NCBI GenBank assembly: GCA_041674225.1
Contig: JBAYWG010000002.1
Coordinates: 34,841 to 98,840 of the forward strand
From: Minisyncoccota bacterium
GTDB taxonomy: Bacteria > Patescibacteriota > Minisyncoccia > Phycocordibacterales > JAACPR01
Direction: 5' to 3'
Length of the DNA stretch: 64,000 nucleotides
The notes below the pieces were generated by a model. That model did no database searches and was not told the DNA's origin. It was given only the letters and a program-made list of their open reading frames with translations. A program made the translations under genes and the position numbers. Each line of letters opens with the position of its first letter. The stretch's first letter is position 1. Of this stretch, positions 22,024-30,839 are shown in pieces.

Positions 22024-22054
22024 AAGCCGCGGACCTTGGTCCGCGGCTTTTTTA
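22024..22054 (+). terminator. rho-independent terminator
   Basis: agccgcggacc-ttgg-tccgcggc then tttttt. Confidence 0.65.
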
Positions 22055-22420
22055 CTAAGTAAAAGCATATAGTACTAGAGCATTTATTACTAAATGCAGA
22101 GTATTATCTACAATTACAGTTAACCAAAAACCTAACCAAATCGGCACTTCGATTTCATTCGCGGAAGACCAAAGCCGAATTGGACAGATATAATTTCGAG
22201 CCATGCAAACGTATTTTGCTAGTGAAAATCTATCAATCAAGAAATGAGTTCCTGAAATCAGAATCAATGCATAAACATTTGTGGTCAAAACACAAAACGG
22301 AAGAGTATAAAACATTGCATGAACGAAAGCTGGGAAGCTTTGTTTATTTTTATTCAAACCCATCCATCCTGACTGAAGCACGTAATCGCCAACTAAATGA
22401 GCTAGGAGTTCATAATACAT
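22055..22420 (-). CDS. DUF3307-like membrane protein
   Basis: HLVGDYVLQ motif; paralog of the gene at 55807..56184. Confidence 0.45.
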   Translation of the reverse strand: MYYELLAHLVGDYVLQSGWMGLNKNKQSFPAFVHAMFYTLPFCVLTTNVYALILISGTHFLIDRFSLAKYVCMARNYICPIRLWSSANEIEVPIWLGFWLTVIVDNTLHLVINALVLYAFT

Positions 22421-22525
22421 ATTCGAGGATCCTTTCGACTATAATTACATCACCTATGTGATTTATTTAAAAATAAAATGTCGAAAAAAGCGACACTTTT
22501 TTTGAATATATGCTAGACTTCCAAT

Positions 22526-23266
22526 ATGATAGATACATCTATGAATACATTAAAAAGTTTGGGTTTATCAGATAAACATTCCAAGATTTATTTAGTGGCT
22601 TTAGAAAACGGAGAATGCACCGTAAGTTTTCTGGCTCAAAAAAGTGGCGTAAAGAGAACTACTGTTTACGAAATTGTAGAAGACTTAGTTGATGATGGAT
22701 TTTTGTTTGAAACACAAGTTGGTAAGAAGACTCTGTATGGAGCCGTAACCCCAAGACAAATTTTAAAATTAAAAAGACGAGCACTTGAGAGAGTTGAAGA
22801 AGAAATAAATCATTTAGAAGCAAAACATTATTCTTCTTTTGATATTCCTAAAATAAAGTTTCATTATGGAAGTGTTGGGTTTAAAAATATTTGGGATGAT
22901 ATTTTGGATCACACTAAAAAAGAATACAAAATAATTACAAACGGATCTATTTTTGAAAAATACATTACAAATAATTATTTATTTGACGAGATTATAAAAA
23001 AGAAAAAAGATAAAGGTTTGTTTAGTAAACAGCTAATTGTTGATTCTGGGCTGGCTAAAAGAATCATTGCCAGAGACAAACAAGATAATAGAGTCACCAG
23101 AACTTTGCCGCCAGATACTCAGATAGAATTCACCGAAGTTATTTCTGATTCTTCTGTAGCCTTTATTTCTGAGCCTGAACACAACTTTCAATTTATTGTT
23201 GAAAGTAAAGCCTTTGCACACTTCAGAAGACAGTTATTTGATGTTGTTTGGGATGGTTGTAAATAA
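22526..23266 (+). CDS. TrmB-family transcriptional regulator
   Basis: N-terminal wHTH LGLS...KIYLVALENGECTVSFLAQKSGVKRTTVYEIVEDLVDDGF. Confidence 0.6.
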   Translation: MIDTSMNTLKSLGLSDKHSKIYLVALENGECTVSFLAQKSGVKRTTVYEIVEDLVDDGFLFETQVGKKTLYGAVTPRQILKLKRRALERVEEEINHLEAKHYSSFDIPKIKFHYGSVGFKNIWDDILDHTKKEYKIITNGSIFEKYITNNYLFDEIIKKKKDKGLFSKQLIVDSGLAKRIIARDKQDNRVTRTLPPDTQIEFTEVISDSSVAFISEPEHNFQFIVESKAFAHFRRQLFDVVWDGCK

Positions 23267-23325
23267 ATTATAAAGACATACATTTATATAGTAGTATTTA
23301 ATGGTGTAAAAACACTAGATTGGAA

Positions 23326-23362
23326 AAGAAAAAACCCCGCATCGGCTTCGCCGATGCGGAGG
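23326..23362 (-). terminator. rho-independent terminator for the TPM operon
   Basis: ccccgcatcgg-cttcg-ccgatgcgg with an A-run on the plus strand. Confidence 0.55.
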
Positions 23363-23373
23363 TGTATTTTGTC

Positions 23374-23829
23374 TTAACAGAAAACAACGTCATCTGTTAA
23401 TTCGTTGCAATCTCCAGAGTCATGAGGAGGGAAGTGCTTTGCGAGCTCTTCACCCATCTTTTTGACGGCCTCGATGATTCCCACCACCAAGTCGTCTCTC
23501 TTTGCATTTTCTGTGATGAGCTTCACCACTTCCGGCCAACCATCTTTGAAGACTGCATTGATTGCATCATCTCCATAAATGGCGACTCGATGATCAACAG
23601 GAGAAACCAAAATGATGATACCTGTGCTGTGTCGAGTATTACCGATTCCCAGTTCGTTGAACATGTGAACCGCTTTCTTCTCTACAGATACCGAGATATC
23701 TTCACCCTCAATGTGGCATGATTCTTTTGCCACACAGACTTTGATTTCACCTGCTGTTTTGAACTCAGCGATTTGAATTATGTTTCGTATGAGTGCCAGG
23801 TCCGCTATGTTTAGGATGTGATTTTTCAT
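23374..23829 (-). CDS. TPM-like domain protein (cytoplasmic)
   Basis: NTRHSTGIIILVSPVDHRVAIYGDD resembles the TPM/DUF477 core; third gene of the LemA operon. Confidence 0.45.
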   Translation of the reverse strand: MKNHILNIADLALIRNIIQIAEFKTAGEIKVCVAKESCHIEGEDISVSVEKKAVHMFNELGIGNTRHSTGIIILVSPVDHRVAIYGDDAINAVFKDGWPEVVKLITENAKRDDLVVGIIEAVKKMGEELAKHFPPHDSGDCNELTDDVVFC

Positions 23830-23831
23830 TG

Positions 23832-24659
23832 TTACCAGCTACCAGAGGCGCCTCCACCACCAAAACTTCCACCACCAAAACTCGAATTCGAAGAAGATGA
23901 ATATCCACTAGAGTAGCTTCCACTTGAAGAAGATCCTCCTCCTTCACTTTCAGCTATTATTCTGAGAATAAATCCCCCGATGACACCTACGATCGCACCA
24001 AGGATAACCCCCAAGATGATAAATCCGGGTCCGAAAAGAATCCAGAATATAAAACCTCCGATAATTCCTCCAGAGATACCGCCTGCTATCCATTGGAATG
24101 CGCCGATTAGAGCTATCACAAAAGCGCATGCTCCAAGTACTAACAGATTTACATCCGAAGATATTTCTTCTTGGACGTTTTCTTCTGTGTACTCTCCATC
24201 AATGACTTTGATAATCATGTCGACACCACTTTTGATGCCTTCATAAAAATTTCCGTCTTTGAATTCGGGTGTGATTTCTCCATCGACAATCCGACCTGAT
24301 AGAACGTCAGTAAGTGTTCCCTCAAGACCATAACCAACTTCTATTCGAATCTTCCTATCTCTTTTTGAGATGAGGAGAAGGACACCGTTGTCCTTCTCCT
24401 TTTTTCCGACACCCCATTGTTGAGCGACTTTTACAGAGTATTGTTCGAGAACTTCTCCTTCAAGTGAATCAATAATGAGCACAGCTATTTCGTTGGAGGT
24501 TGTCTTTTTGTAAGAAAGTAACAACTCTTCCAACTCAGCTTCCTGATTTGTTTTGAGCATTTTTGCTAAGTCTGTCACATGACCCGAAGGTTCAGGAACA
24601 TCTTTTGCAAAAATGCTCGTAGCCAACATAATGCTGGCTAGGAAAACAATAATTCTCAT
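23832..24659 (-). CDS. TPM-domain protein (YgcG-like) with signal peptide, TM and Gly/Ser-rich tail
   Basis: GVGKKEKDNGVLLLISKRDRKIRIEVGYGLEG TPM core. Confidence 0.7.
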   Translation of the reverse strand: MRIIVFLASIMLATSIFAKDVPEPSGHVTDLAKMLKTNQEAELEELLLSYKKTTSNEIAVLIIDSLEGEVLEQYSVKVAQQWGVGKKEKDNGVLLLISKRDRKIRIEVGYGLEGTLTDVLSGRIVDGEITPEFKDGNFYEGIKSGVDMIIKVIDGEYTEENVQEEISSDVNLLVLGACAFVIALIGAFQWIAGGISGGIIGGFIFWILFGPGFIILGVILGAIVGVIGGFILRIIAESEGGGSSSSGSYSSGYSSSSNSSFGGGSFGGGGASGSW

Positions 24660-24662
24660 TCT

Positions 24663-25298
24663 TTATTGAAACGAAACTTTCGGCGCGATTTCTGAACCTG
24701 CGGTAGCCTCGAATGACTGGCGCACATTAACACCAGACATTCCAGAGACCATCCGTCCCAAGATTCCACGAACAGATTTGTTCAGTGCCGCAACGTCCGC
24801 GTTGTATCTTTGTCTTGCGACATTGATACGATTTTCCGTTCCTTCCAGCTGATGCTGAAGATCGAGGAAGTTTTGATTTGCTTTTAGGTCTGGGTATTTT
24901 TCAACCGTAACCAAAAGGCGACTCAGAGCGCTGGACATTTGTTCCTGTGCACCTACAAGTTTTTGCATCGCAGCAGCGTCGAGCTCTCCGGCAGTCCCAA
25001 TTTCAGCTTGAATATTGGTCACCTGTTGTCTTGCTTCAGTAACTGCTTGTAGCGTTTCTTTTTCGTGAGCGGCGTAGCCTTTCACTGTTTCAACAAGGGA
25101 AGGGATGAGGTCTGCGCGACGTTGATACGTGGCTTCGACATCACCCCAGGATTTGTTGGCGTTTTCGTCATTGTTGATTTGGTTGTTGTAGATCCCCGCA
25201 ACTGTAATAAGGATGATCCCTAAAAGGGTTGTGATTATGATTAGTGCTTTGTTCATTAGTCGGTTTATTTTGTTTTTATTGGTTTGCTCAATCGACAA
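24663..25298 (-). CDS. lemA: LemA family protein
   Basis: N-terminal TM plus WGDVEATYQRRADLIPSLVETVKGYAAHEKETL. Confidence 0.8.
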   Translation of the reverse strand: MSIEQTNKNKINRLMNKALIIITTLLGIILITVAGIYNNQINNDENANKSWGDVEATYQRRADLIPSLVETVKGYAAHEKETLQAVTEARQQVTNIQAEIGTAGELDAAAMQKLVGAQEQMSSALSRLLVTVEKYPDLKANQNFLDLQHQLEGTENRINVARQRYNADVAALNKSVRGILGRMVSGMSGVNVRQSFEATAGSEIAPKVSFQ

Positions 25299-25373
25299 AA
25301 ATGTTGTTAATGTCCAATTGATTTCTTGCGTTTTATATCATTAAAAATATGAAAAGTCAATTATTGAGGTTGT

Positions 25374-25410
25374 GAAAAAGAAAAAACCCACCATCTTGCA
25401 ATGTGGGTTT
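25374..25410 (-). terminator. rho-independent terminator (AAAAAACCCAC...GTGGGTTT family)
   Basis: aaacccac-catcttgcaat-gtgggttt with A-run. Confidence 0.5.
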
Positions 25411-25435
25411 ATTAGATGTGTTTGTTATGAGGGTT

Positions 25436-25690
25436 TTAATTTCTGTATCGTAAAAATACAGCTATAAAAAATCCAAAAAAAACAGTAAAGAGTAAGATCA
25501 ATGCCGTTAAGAATCCATTCGATATACCATTCTCATTTTTAGAAGTCTCTATAACTGAGTCTTCGGATCCAGGAAAAAAAGTTTTAATAATAAGAAGTGT
25601 GGATACAACTATTGCTCCTGCAATTACCATTCCTATGATTGTTTCGATGTGCCCACTTTCTCTGCTCCTTTTTTGGTTTACAATTTTCAT
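25436..25690 (-). CDS. small membrane protein, hypothetical
   Basis: Two hydrophobic segments; 84 aa. Confidence 0.35.
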   Translation of the reverse strand: MKIVNQKRSRESGHIETIIGMVIAGAIVVSTLLIIKTFFPGSEDSVIETSKNENGISNGFLTALILLFTVFFGFFIAVFLRYRN

Positions 25691-25955
25691 TGTTTAATCC
25701 TTTCGTTTGTATTTTATTTTTGGCGCTTCGATCGAGATAGTTTTCTGACCATCTTTTGCTACGATATATCGAAATAGTATAAAAAGAGGCATGAAAAATT
25801 CAATAAAACCCTCCTTGAAACTGTTTGTGATGATTTTGTTTATTTTACTCATGTTTAGGTGCTGTTTTAAAAGTAAAACTACCACTTGAGTTTATTGTGC
25901 GCAAGGCTGAAAAGAAAAAGAGCTTCACAGACTCGGGTCTGTGAAGCTTGTAATT

Positions 25956-26342
25956 TTACCAACTTAAATATGCTCGATCGAACATTCGAATCATGTCGAA
26001 GTGCATCGGAGTATTTTTCTCCGCTACGGCCATCACTTTACTCCGGTGCACGGAATAAATATTTTTTTCAATGTAACCAGAGGTCCCATCTAGATAAATA
26101 ATTACCCATTTGTTTTCCGTATCATATTCAATGATGGCAATTGTTCTGCGCACTCCGTCTTCCGGATTGAAACAGAGAATGTCTCCACGATCGGCATACT
26201 CGTTGAGTAAATTAAAGACTGCTTCCGCTTTCTTTTCTTCTTGAAGGGTTAATTTGGGATTTGATTTTGTGCATGAGCACATGATGACTGACGATACGAT
26301 CAGTCCCAGCAGGATTATTTTTTGAAGTGATTTCATGAACAT
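25956..26342 (-). CDS. secreted/lipoprotein-like hypothetical
   Basis: Signal peptide then Cys (VIMCSC). Confidence 0.4.
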   Translation of the reverse strand: MFMKSLQKIILLGLIVSSVIMCSCTKSNPKLTLQEEKKAEAVFNLLNEYADRGDILCFNPEDGVRRTIAIIEYDTENKWVIIYLDGTSGYIEKNIYSVHRSKVMAVAEKNTPMHFDMIRMFDRAYLSW

Positions 26343-26388
26343 TCAAAAAGCACATTATCATAAAGCAACATAATGTAAATAGTGTCAA

Positions 26389-26802
26389 TTAATGTTTACC
26401 CACAACTTTAAAAGTAAAAAATAAATTCATTAAATAATTGTAGCTACCAACTATTCCAGCAATAATAATTCGCGCAATCAAAAAATCAAAATTTAGTTTT
26501 TCCACAAATAAAGCCATTAATGCTACCACCATCAATAATCCAATTACTGTAACAGTTATAAAAATATAATATCCAGTCTTTAGTTCTCGTGTAGTTCTTG
26601 AAAATACAAATTTGCGGATGAAATAATAATGTATAGATACAGAAACTATAAAAGATAAAGCTGTAGATATTAGATAATTTATTAATAAAATATCTGTAAG
26701 AAAATATAATAGAAACAAATCAAGCAAAAAAGTAGAAAAACCTATTGAGAAATATTTTAGAAATCTAGATAAAGCTTTGTTCAAGGTAATTAAATTTAGC
26801 AC
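26389..26802 (-). CDS. GtrA-family membrane protein
   Basis: 137 aa, 4 TM; FSIGFSTFLLDLFLLYFL. Confidence 0.45.
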   Translation of the reverse strand: MLNLITLNKALSRFLKYFSIGFSTFLLDLFLLYFLTDILLINYLISTALSFIVSVSIHYYFIRKFVFSRTTRELKTGYYIFITVTVIGLLMVVALMALFVEKLNFDFLIARIIIAGIVGSYNYLMNLFFTFKVVGKH

Positions 26803-26831
26803 TTTTAAATTTATACTAAGATTGGTTTTTG

Positions 26832-27257
26832 TTAAAAATCCTTCAAAGCTTCATTAGTTTGAGATTCACTTCCTCTTTCGCCGTCTACGTATTGTTGAAG
26901 GTCTTCTTCGGTAACAGGGAACACTTGTCCGTCAACTTCTATTTCTTTTAACACATTTTGTGTTTTTCTATAATTGATGGTTTGACCTGGAACTATTTCT
27001 ATACCTTTCATCAAAGCAATTTCTTTTACTATTCTACCCTCATTAATACTTTCATCGACTCGCGCTGCCGCTCTGTCAAATCTGTCAGGTTTAAATCCAT
27101 CATCTGTTTTTTGTGTTTCTGAATCACTACATGCATTTAAAGCCGCCATTGTAAGAACTGCTCCAAATGTCTGTGCCATTTGTTTAATTCCTTTGTAATT
27201 CTTTTTCTCTTCTTTCGGTTGTTCCGCTTCAGGTTCAATATATCTTTCCATATTCAT
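26832..27257 (-). CDS. lipoprotein, hypothetical
   Basis: Lipobox LNAC after the signal peptide. Confidence 0.45.
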   Translation of the reverse strand: MNMERYIEPEAEQPKEEKKNYKGIKQMAQTFGAVLTMAALNACSDSETQKTDDGFKPDRFDRAAARVDESINEGRIVKEIALMKGIEIVPGQTINYRKTQNVLKEIEVDGQVFPVTEEDLQQYVDGERGSESQTNEALKDF

Positions 27258-27284
27258 ATGATGATAATTATATACTAGTTAGAA

Positions 27285-27314
27285 AAGAAAAAACCCGCCA
27301 GCGACGCTGGCGGG
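27285..27314 (-). terminator. rho-independent terminator
   Basis: cccgccagc-gac-gctggcggg with A-run. Confidence 0.5.
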
Positions 27315-27326
27315 TTGGTTTGTTCT

Positions 27327-27629
27327 TTACTCGACCACAATGATAGTGCCCGATTTAGGATCAAGAATTCTCAAAAGCTGCCCACTTAAATCACTTTTGA
27401 GTTCGTTTATAGCATCCAGTGTTCTTTGACGACTATCGTCATCTCCGAGATGAAGCACATTTGCAATTCCTCCGGCGTAATGCCAGTCGACTTGAGCTCC
27501 AGCTTTTTTTGCGACAGCTTGCACCCATTCCTCAACGGCGTTAGAACTCCCATAGATTGTGCAAATTGTACTACCTTCTTTGAAAATTTTGGGGTCGCAA
27601 GGTTTTGGGGTAGGTCCATCAGTTGCCAT
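27327..27629 (-). CDS. hypothetical protein
   Basis: 100 aa ORF. Confidence 0.4.
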   Translation of the reverse strand: MATDGPTPKPCDPKIFKEGSTICTIYGSSNAVEEWVQAVAKKAGAQVDWHYAGGIANVLHLGDDDSRQRTLDAINELKSDLSGQLLRILDPKSGTIIVVE

Positions 27630-27702
27630 AGTTTTGTTTTCCTTTCGTTTTTGTTGAATTAGAGCTAATCAATTAATAAATTATCACATAATATTACATG
27701 TG

Positions 27703-27963
27703 TCAATTTTTATAAACAAAAAACTGCACAACGACAACCCAAGACATTATTGATCCGATGGACATTGGAATAATGATAACTAAGTCTTTTAAAACAATTC
27801 CGTAGATAACCCAAAAGCTATATGAAATTGCGAGGATAAAGAAGTAGAAGAAAGATAATCCTTCCATACTTTTTCTTTGCTTATTCTTTTTAACTTGAGA
27901 ACTTAATCCAAGTCCTGTTACGACTAATGAGAGTATGACGGTGATAATTCCGATTGGTGACAT
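27703..27963 (-). CDS. SemiSWEET / PQ-loop sugar transporter (3-TM)
   Basis: 86 aa with 3 TM helices and PQ-loop-like spacing. Confidence 0.55.
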   Translation of the reverse strand: MSPIGIITVILSLVVTGLGLSSQVKKNKQRKSMEGLSFFYFFILAISYSFWVIYGIVLKDLVIIIPMSIGSIMSWVVVVQFFVYKN

Positions 27964-27995
27964 GAGGAAATTGTAACAGAAAAAACAAAATTAAA

Positions 27996-28004
27996 TTGTT
28001 ATAA
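27996..28004 (+). promoter_or_regulatory. extended -10 (TGtTATAAT) 8 nt before ATG; near-leaderless
   Basis: attgttataat-taatctc-ATG. Confidence 0.35.
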
Positions 28005-28012
28005 TTAATCTC

Positions 28013-28468
28013 ATGGAAAATATACCAATACAAAAACATATGGGAGTGTATGGAGTTGCAATGAAAGATGGAAATATATTATTGATTAAAAAATCCAGAG
28101 GTCCTTATACCGGTATGTATGATCTGCCAGGTGGAAGAATAGAGGAGGGGGAGAAAATTGAAGATGCTTTGCATAGAGAATTTATTGAAGAAGTTGGTTG
28201 TGAAATTAAGGAACTTTCGTTTTTAACTCAAGAGGAGGATAGTCTTGAGTACATGCATCCAGCGCAGGGAAATACACTTTTTGAACATTCAGGAACTTAC
28301 TACAATGTGGTTTTGTCGGACTATTGTGAAATCAAAGACGAGCCTGATGAGCATGATTCGCTTGGTGCTGAATGGATTAATTTGCAGGATGCATACGATG
28401 GAAAAATTCAAGTTCCAAATATTGTAAAGAAAGTTTTGGATTGTTGTGTTGCTTCGGAGATAATATAA
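28013..28468 (+). CDS. NUDIX hydrolase
   Basis: Nudix box GGRIEEGEKIEDALHREFIEEVG. Confidence 0.8.
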   Translation: MENIPIQKHMGVYGVAMKDGNILLIKKSRGPYTGMYDLPGGRIEEGEKIEDALHREFIEEVGCEIKELSFLTQEEDSLEYMHPAQGNTLFEHSGTYYNVVLSDYCEIKDEPDEHDSLGAEWINLQDAYDGKIQVPNIVKKVLDCCVASEII

Positions 28469-28510
28469 AAAGAGCACACCCGCATTTCTGCAAAGTGTGC
28501 TCTCGCTCTT

Positions 28511-29098
28511 CTATGGAAGCCAATGATCAGGACACTGTACATAAATAATTCCAGAATTGATATTTTGGAGTTTCTCGATGAAACCTCTGATTGTCACTGG
28601 CATTTGAAGAACTTTTTCACCCTCCTCGAGATCTCTTTGCTCTGCAGATCTACTTGAACCATCTGGAATCCAGAATTTATCGCGTAGTCTGCGCAAAGCT
28701 TTCGTTTCCAATTCCATTTCAGCAAAAGGTAAATCATCTGGGAGACTCCGCACATATTCTTCGGATTTACCTTCGATTTCTGCCAGTGCTTTGTAAAATT
28801 TTGCAGCGGCATGTGCGAGTGTCCATGATGGTCTAATAACTTCACACCCACAAGGTAAACATTGTCCTCGTTGGAGTTGCTTTAGTTGATTTGTCCGTTC
28901 AGCTTCGCTCTCAGCAGAAGGGAATTCAACTGTTACTCGAGCTCTAAGTTTTGGCAGGTGACGGCTGAATCCAATCATTCGATCGTGACACTTCTCGCAC
29001 TTCTCGATGTGATCATCAATCTCTGACAAGTATTGTTTAATAAAACTGTGAAAGTCAAAATTTCTCTCCTGTATTATTTCATGTATTTTCATTGGCAC
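28511..29098 (-). CDS. Cys-rich (zinc-binding?) hypothetical protein at the left edge of the cassette array
   Basis: CEKCHDR...CLPCGCE...CPDHW. Confidence 0.45.
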   Translation of the reverse strand: MPMKIHEIIQERNFDFHSFIKQYLSEIDDHIEKCEKCHDRMIGFSRHLPKLRARVTVEFPSAESEAERTNQLKQLQRGQCLPCGCEVIRPSWTLAHAAAKFYKALAEIEGKSEEYVRSLPDDLPFAEMELETKALRRLRDKFWIPDGSSRSAEQRDLEEGEKVLQMPVTIRGFIEKLQNINSGIIYVQCPDHWLP

Positions 29099-29165
29099 TT
29101 TAAAGTACTAGTTGGTCTTAATCGTCATATTATATTTTTTAGGTTAAAAGTAAAGATGATATTTT

Positions 29166-29207
29166 AAAAAGAAAAAAGACCCTCAGAGATTTGAACTCAG
29201 TCAGGTC
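29166..29207 (-). terminator. weak hairpin plus T-run terminator of the leftmost cassette
   Basis: gacc...ggtc stem with an A-run on the plus strand. Confidence 0.3.
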
Positions 29208-29232
29208 TTGTAGCAACTTCAGTTTCAGGATG

Positions 29233-29427
29233 CTAAGCCTTTACCCACTCGAGCTTTTCCGTAGTGCCAGGGAACGAGGAATGGACGTGGAACCAAAACG
29301 ACCAGGATCCAGGGCAGGCAATCGTTTCGAATTCATGGTATTCACGGTCTTTCTCGTGGTCCTCGTTGCTCTGGAAGATTCCTTGTGGGTAGTTGATGAA
29401 TGCGATAAGGTACTTGGGCATAATCAA
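29233..29427 (-). CDS. cassette gene, hypothetical (64 aa)
   Basis: Preceded on the minus strand by TTGACA-16-TATAAT then 7 nt then ATG. Confidence 0.4.
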   Translation of the reverse strand: MIMPKYLIAFINYPQGIFQSNEDHEKDREYHEFETIACPGSWSFWFHVHSSFPGTTEKLEWVKA

Positions 29428-29461
29428 AATTATAATATAAATATTAGATATGTCAAATGTT

Positions 29462-29493
29462 TACTATGCGGACTTGTACTAGTCCGAACTAGT
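29462..29493 (-). repeat. R0: degenerate copy of the tRNA-3'-end-like direct repeat (tactatgcggacttgtactagtccgaactagt)
   Basis: Aligns to consensus tgctccgcggacttgggctagtccgaaccagt. Confidence 0.6.
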
Positions 29494-29525
29494 TTAGTGG
29501 GTAGAGAAAAACTAAACAATAAGAA

Positions 29526-29561
29526 AACCCACTGCAAGCAGGGGTTCCTGTTGAGTGGGTT
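29526..29561 (-). terminator. hairpin terminator for cassette 29576..29806
   Basis: aacccact...agtgggtt. Confidence 0.45.
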
Positions 29562-29575
29562 CAAGCTCCTAATTG

Positions 29576-29806
29576 TTATAGAGTGTTCACAAAGATAATC
29601 AATTGCATAAGTAGAAGACTGAGTTCGTAATCCACGATGCGATCATAGTCGATCTTTGTTTTTGTTGCTGTAAACATCTCTTCGACAATCAGTTGCTGTT
29701 CAGGGTTCAGGTACTTCTGTGTATTCACACCTCTGGAAACAAAATCTGCCATGCTTCCGTAATTGCTTTCTAGTGATTTTACAAAGTTGAATGCGTTTTG
29801 CGTCAT
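29576..29806 (-). CDS. cassette gene, hypothetical (76 aa); N-terminus and 5'UTR paralogous to 30840..31097
   Basis: Shared upstream ttggttgattgtgaaa and MxQ.aF N-terminus. Confidence 0.4.
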   Translation of the reverse strand: MTQNAFNFVKSLESNYGSMADFVSRGVNTQKYLNPEQQLIVEEMFTATKTKIDYDRIVDYELSLLLMQLIIFVNTL

Positions 29807-29903
29807 CTGTTTTCGGTTGGTTGATTGTGAAAAGTAAAAAAATCTTTCAAATAAATAATAACACTCTATAATTATTTGTCAAATATTTAATCAACAGACA
29901 TGT

Positions 29904-29919
29904 GTTGGTCCGAACCAGT
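29904..29919 (-). repeat. R1: truncated repeat (ttggtccgaaccagt)
   Basis: 3' half of the consensus repeat only. Confidence 0.45.
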
Positions 29920-29935
29920 TGGTAGCGTAGGAAAA

Positions 29936-29967
29936 TAAAAAACTCCACTATCTTGCAATAGTGGGTT
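29936..29967 (-). terminator. hairpin terminator (ccactat-cttgca-atagtgg)
   Basis: Near-identical to the terminator at 25384..25410. Confidence 0.5.
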
Positions 29968-29984
29968 TCTGGGTTGAGTGTGAT

Positions 29985-30167
29985 TTATAATCCAAAATCT
30001 TCTTCCTTTGGCATTTTTTTCAACCACCGCTCTCTCATGATTTTGGCATTTTCCTTCCTTTGTGAACCTTTTCCCATTAAGTATACGTACTCATTGAAAC
30101 TAAATGGACCTTTAAGCCCCCAACAGAAGAAGCTCCAAATGTATCTTATCTTTCGGACTATTTTCAT
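29985..30167 (-). CDS. cassette gene, hypothetical (60 aa)
   Basis: ORF between R2 and its terminator. Confidence 0.35.
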   Translation of the reverse strand: MKIVRKIRYIWSFFCWGLKGPFSFNEYVYLMGKGSQRKENAKIMRERWLKKMPKEEDFGL

Positions 30168-30211
30168 TCTAATTTAGATAAAAACATTATTATAAATCTT
30201 TGTCAAATATT

Positions 30212-30243
30212 TACTCCGCGGACTGAGACTAGTCCGAACCAGT
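30212..30243 (-). repeat. R2 repeat (tactccgcggactgagactagtccgaaccagt)
   Basis: Matches the consensus. Confidence 0.65.
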
Positions 30244-30275
30244 AACAATATTTGAAAATAATTATACAAAATAGA

Positions 30276-30309
30276 ATCCGCCCAGATCCTTAGTCGGAGC
30301 TGGGCGGAT
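30276..30309 (-). terminator. hairpin terminator (atccgcccag...ctgggcggat, 10-bp stem)
   Basis: Inverted repeat downstream of cassette 30351..30644. Confidence 0.55.
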
Positions 30310-30350
30310 GAAGTATCGGGTAGAACTTTTTCGAATTACACTGCCTCTGT

Positions 30351-30644
30351 CTAGAAACGAAGCTTAGCGATGATTTGTTCAAAAAGGTTCTCACCTTCAA
30401 CGATTTCTGCACATGTAACTATGCACGGATGGTTGTCGGGGTGCTGTTGAACGTGGATGTGTAATTCCACAAACGGTGGCCACACCCGAATCTCTTGCTT
30501 GCCATCATGAATAAGAACGTGTGCGTTTGTCACATCATCATCTTCGCTGAGGAGTGTGACGTTGGATATTCTCGATAAGTATTCCTGGAGAGCTGTGGCA
30601 AGAGGACTATCTTCAAGTCTGATACAAATCAAAGTGTGGTTCAT
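30351..30644 (-). CDS. cassette gene, hypothetical (97 aa)
   Basis: ORF with an upstream consensus promoter. Confidence 0.45.
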   Translation of the reverse strand: MNHTLICIRLEDSPLATALQEYLSRISNVTLLSEDDDVTNAHVLIHDGKQEIRVWPPFVELHIHVQQHPDNHPCIVTCAEIVEGENLFEQIIAKLRF

Positions 30645-30734
30645 GGGTATTGTAGTTTATGTTGTTTACTTGGACAGAATGCGAAAGTACTTTTAAACAA
30701 TATTATAATACATATTTATAAATATGTCAAACAA
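30645..30734 (-). promoter_or_regulatory. consensus sigma70 promoter TTGACA-17-TATAAT abutting R3
   Basis: Minus strand reads ggagcattgTTTGACAtatttataaatatgtatTATAAT. Confidence 0.55.
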
Positions 30735-30766
30735 TGCTCCGCGGGCTTGAGCTAATCCGAACTAGT
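30735..30766 (-). repeat. R3 repeat (tgctccgcgggcttgagctaatccgaactagt)
   Basis: Matches the consensus. Confidence 0.65.
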
Positions 30767-30789
30767 GTGGTGGTGTAGGAAATAAAAAA

Positions 30790-30832
30790 CCCACTATCTC
30801 ACGACAGGGATTTCCTGGTTGAGATAAAGGGT
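30790..30832 (-). terminator. imperfect long hairpin terminator
   Basis: ccc-act-atctca...tgagat-aaa-ggg. Confidence 0.4.
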
Positions 30833-30839
30833 TGTGGAT

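Noticed and set aside
22180-22461. 93-aa plus-strand ORF antisense to the DUF3307 gene
   Set aside because: The minus-strand frame carries the conserved HxxxDxxxQ family motif.
29180-29260. tRNA-like look (ATTTGAA reading as a T-loop complement, gacc/ggtc ends) suggesting a second tRNA or tRNA fragment on the minus strand
   Set aside because: No cloverleaf can be built: T-stem and acceptor pairings fail. Treated as a weak terminator only.
29191-29598. 135-aa plus-strand ORF spanning the leftmost cassette, R0 and a terminator
   Set aside because: It reads through a conserved repeat and a hairpin terminator, and it lies antisense to better-supported minus-strand cassette ORFs with promoters.
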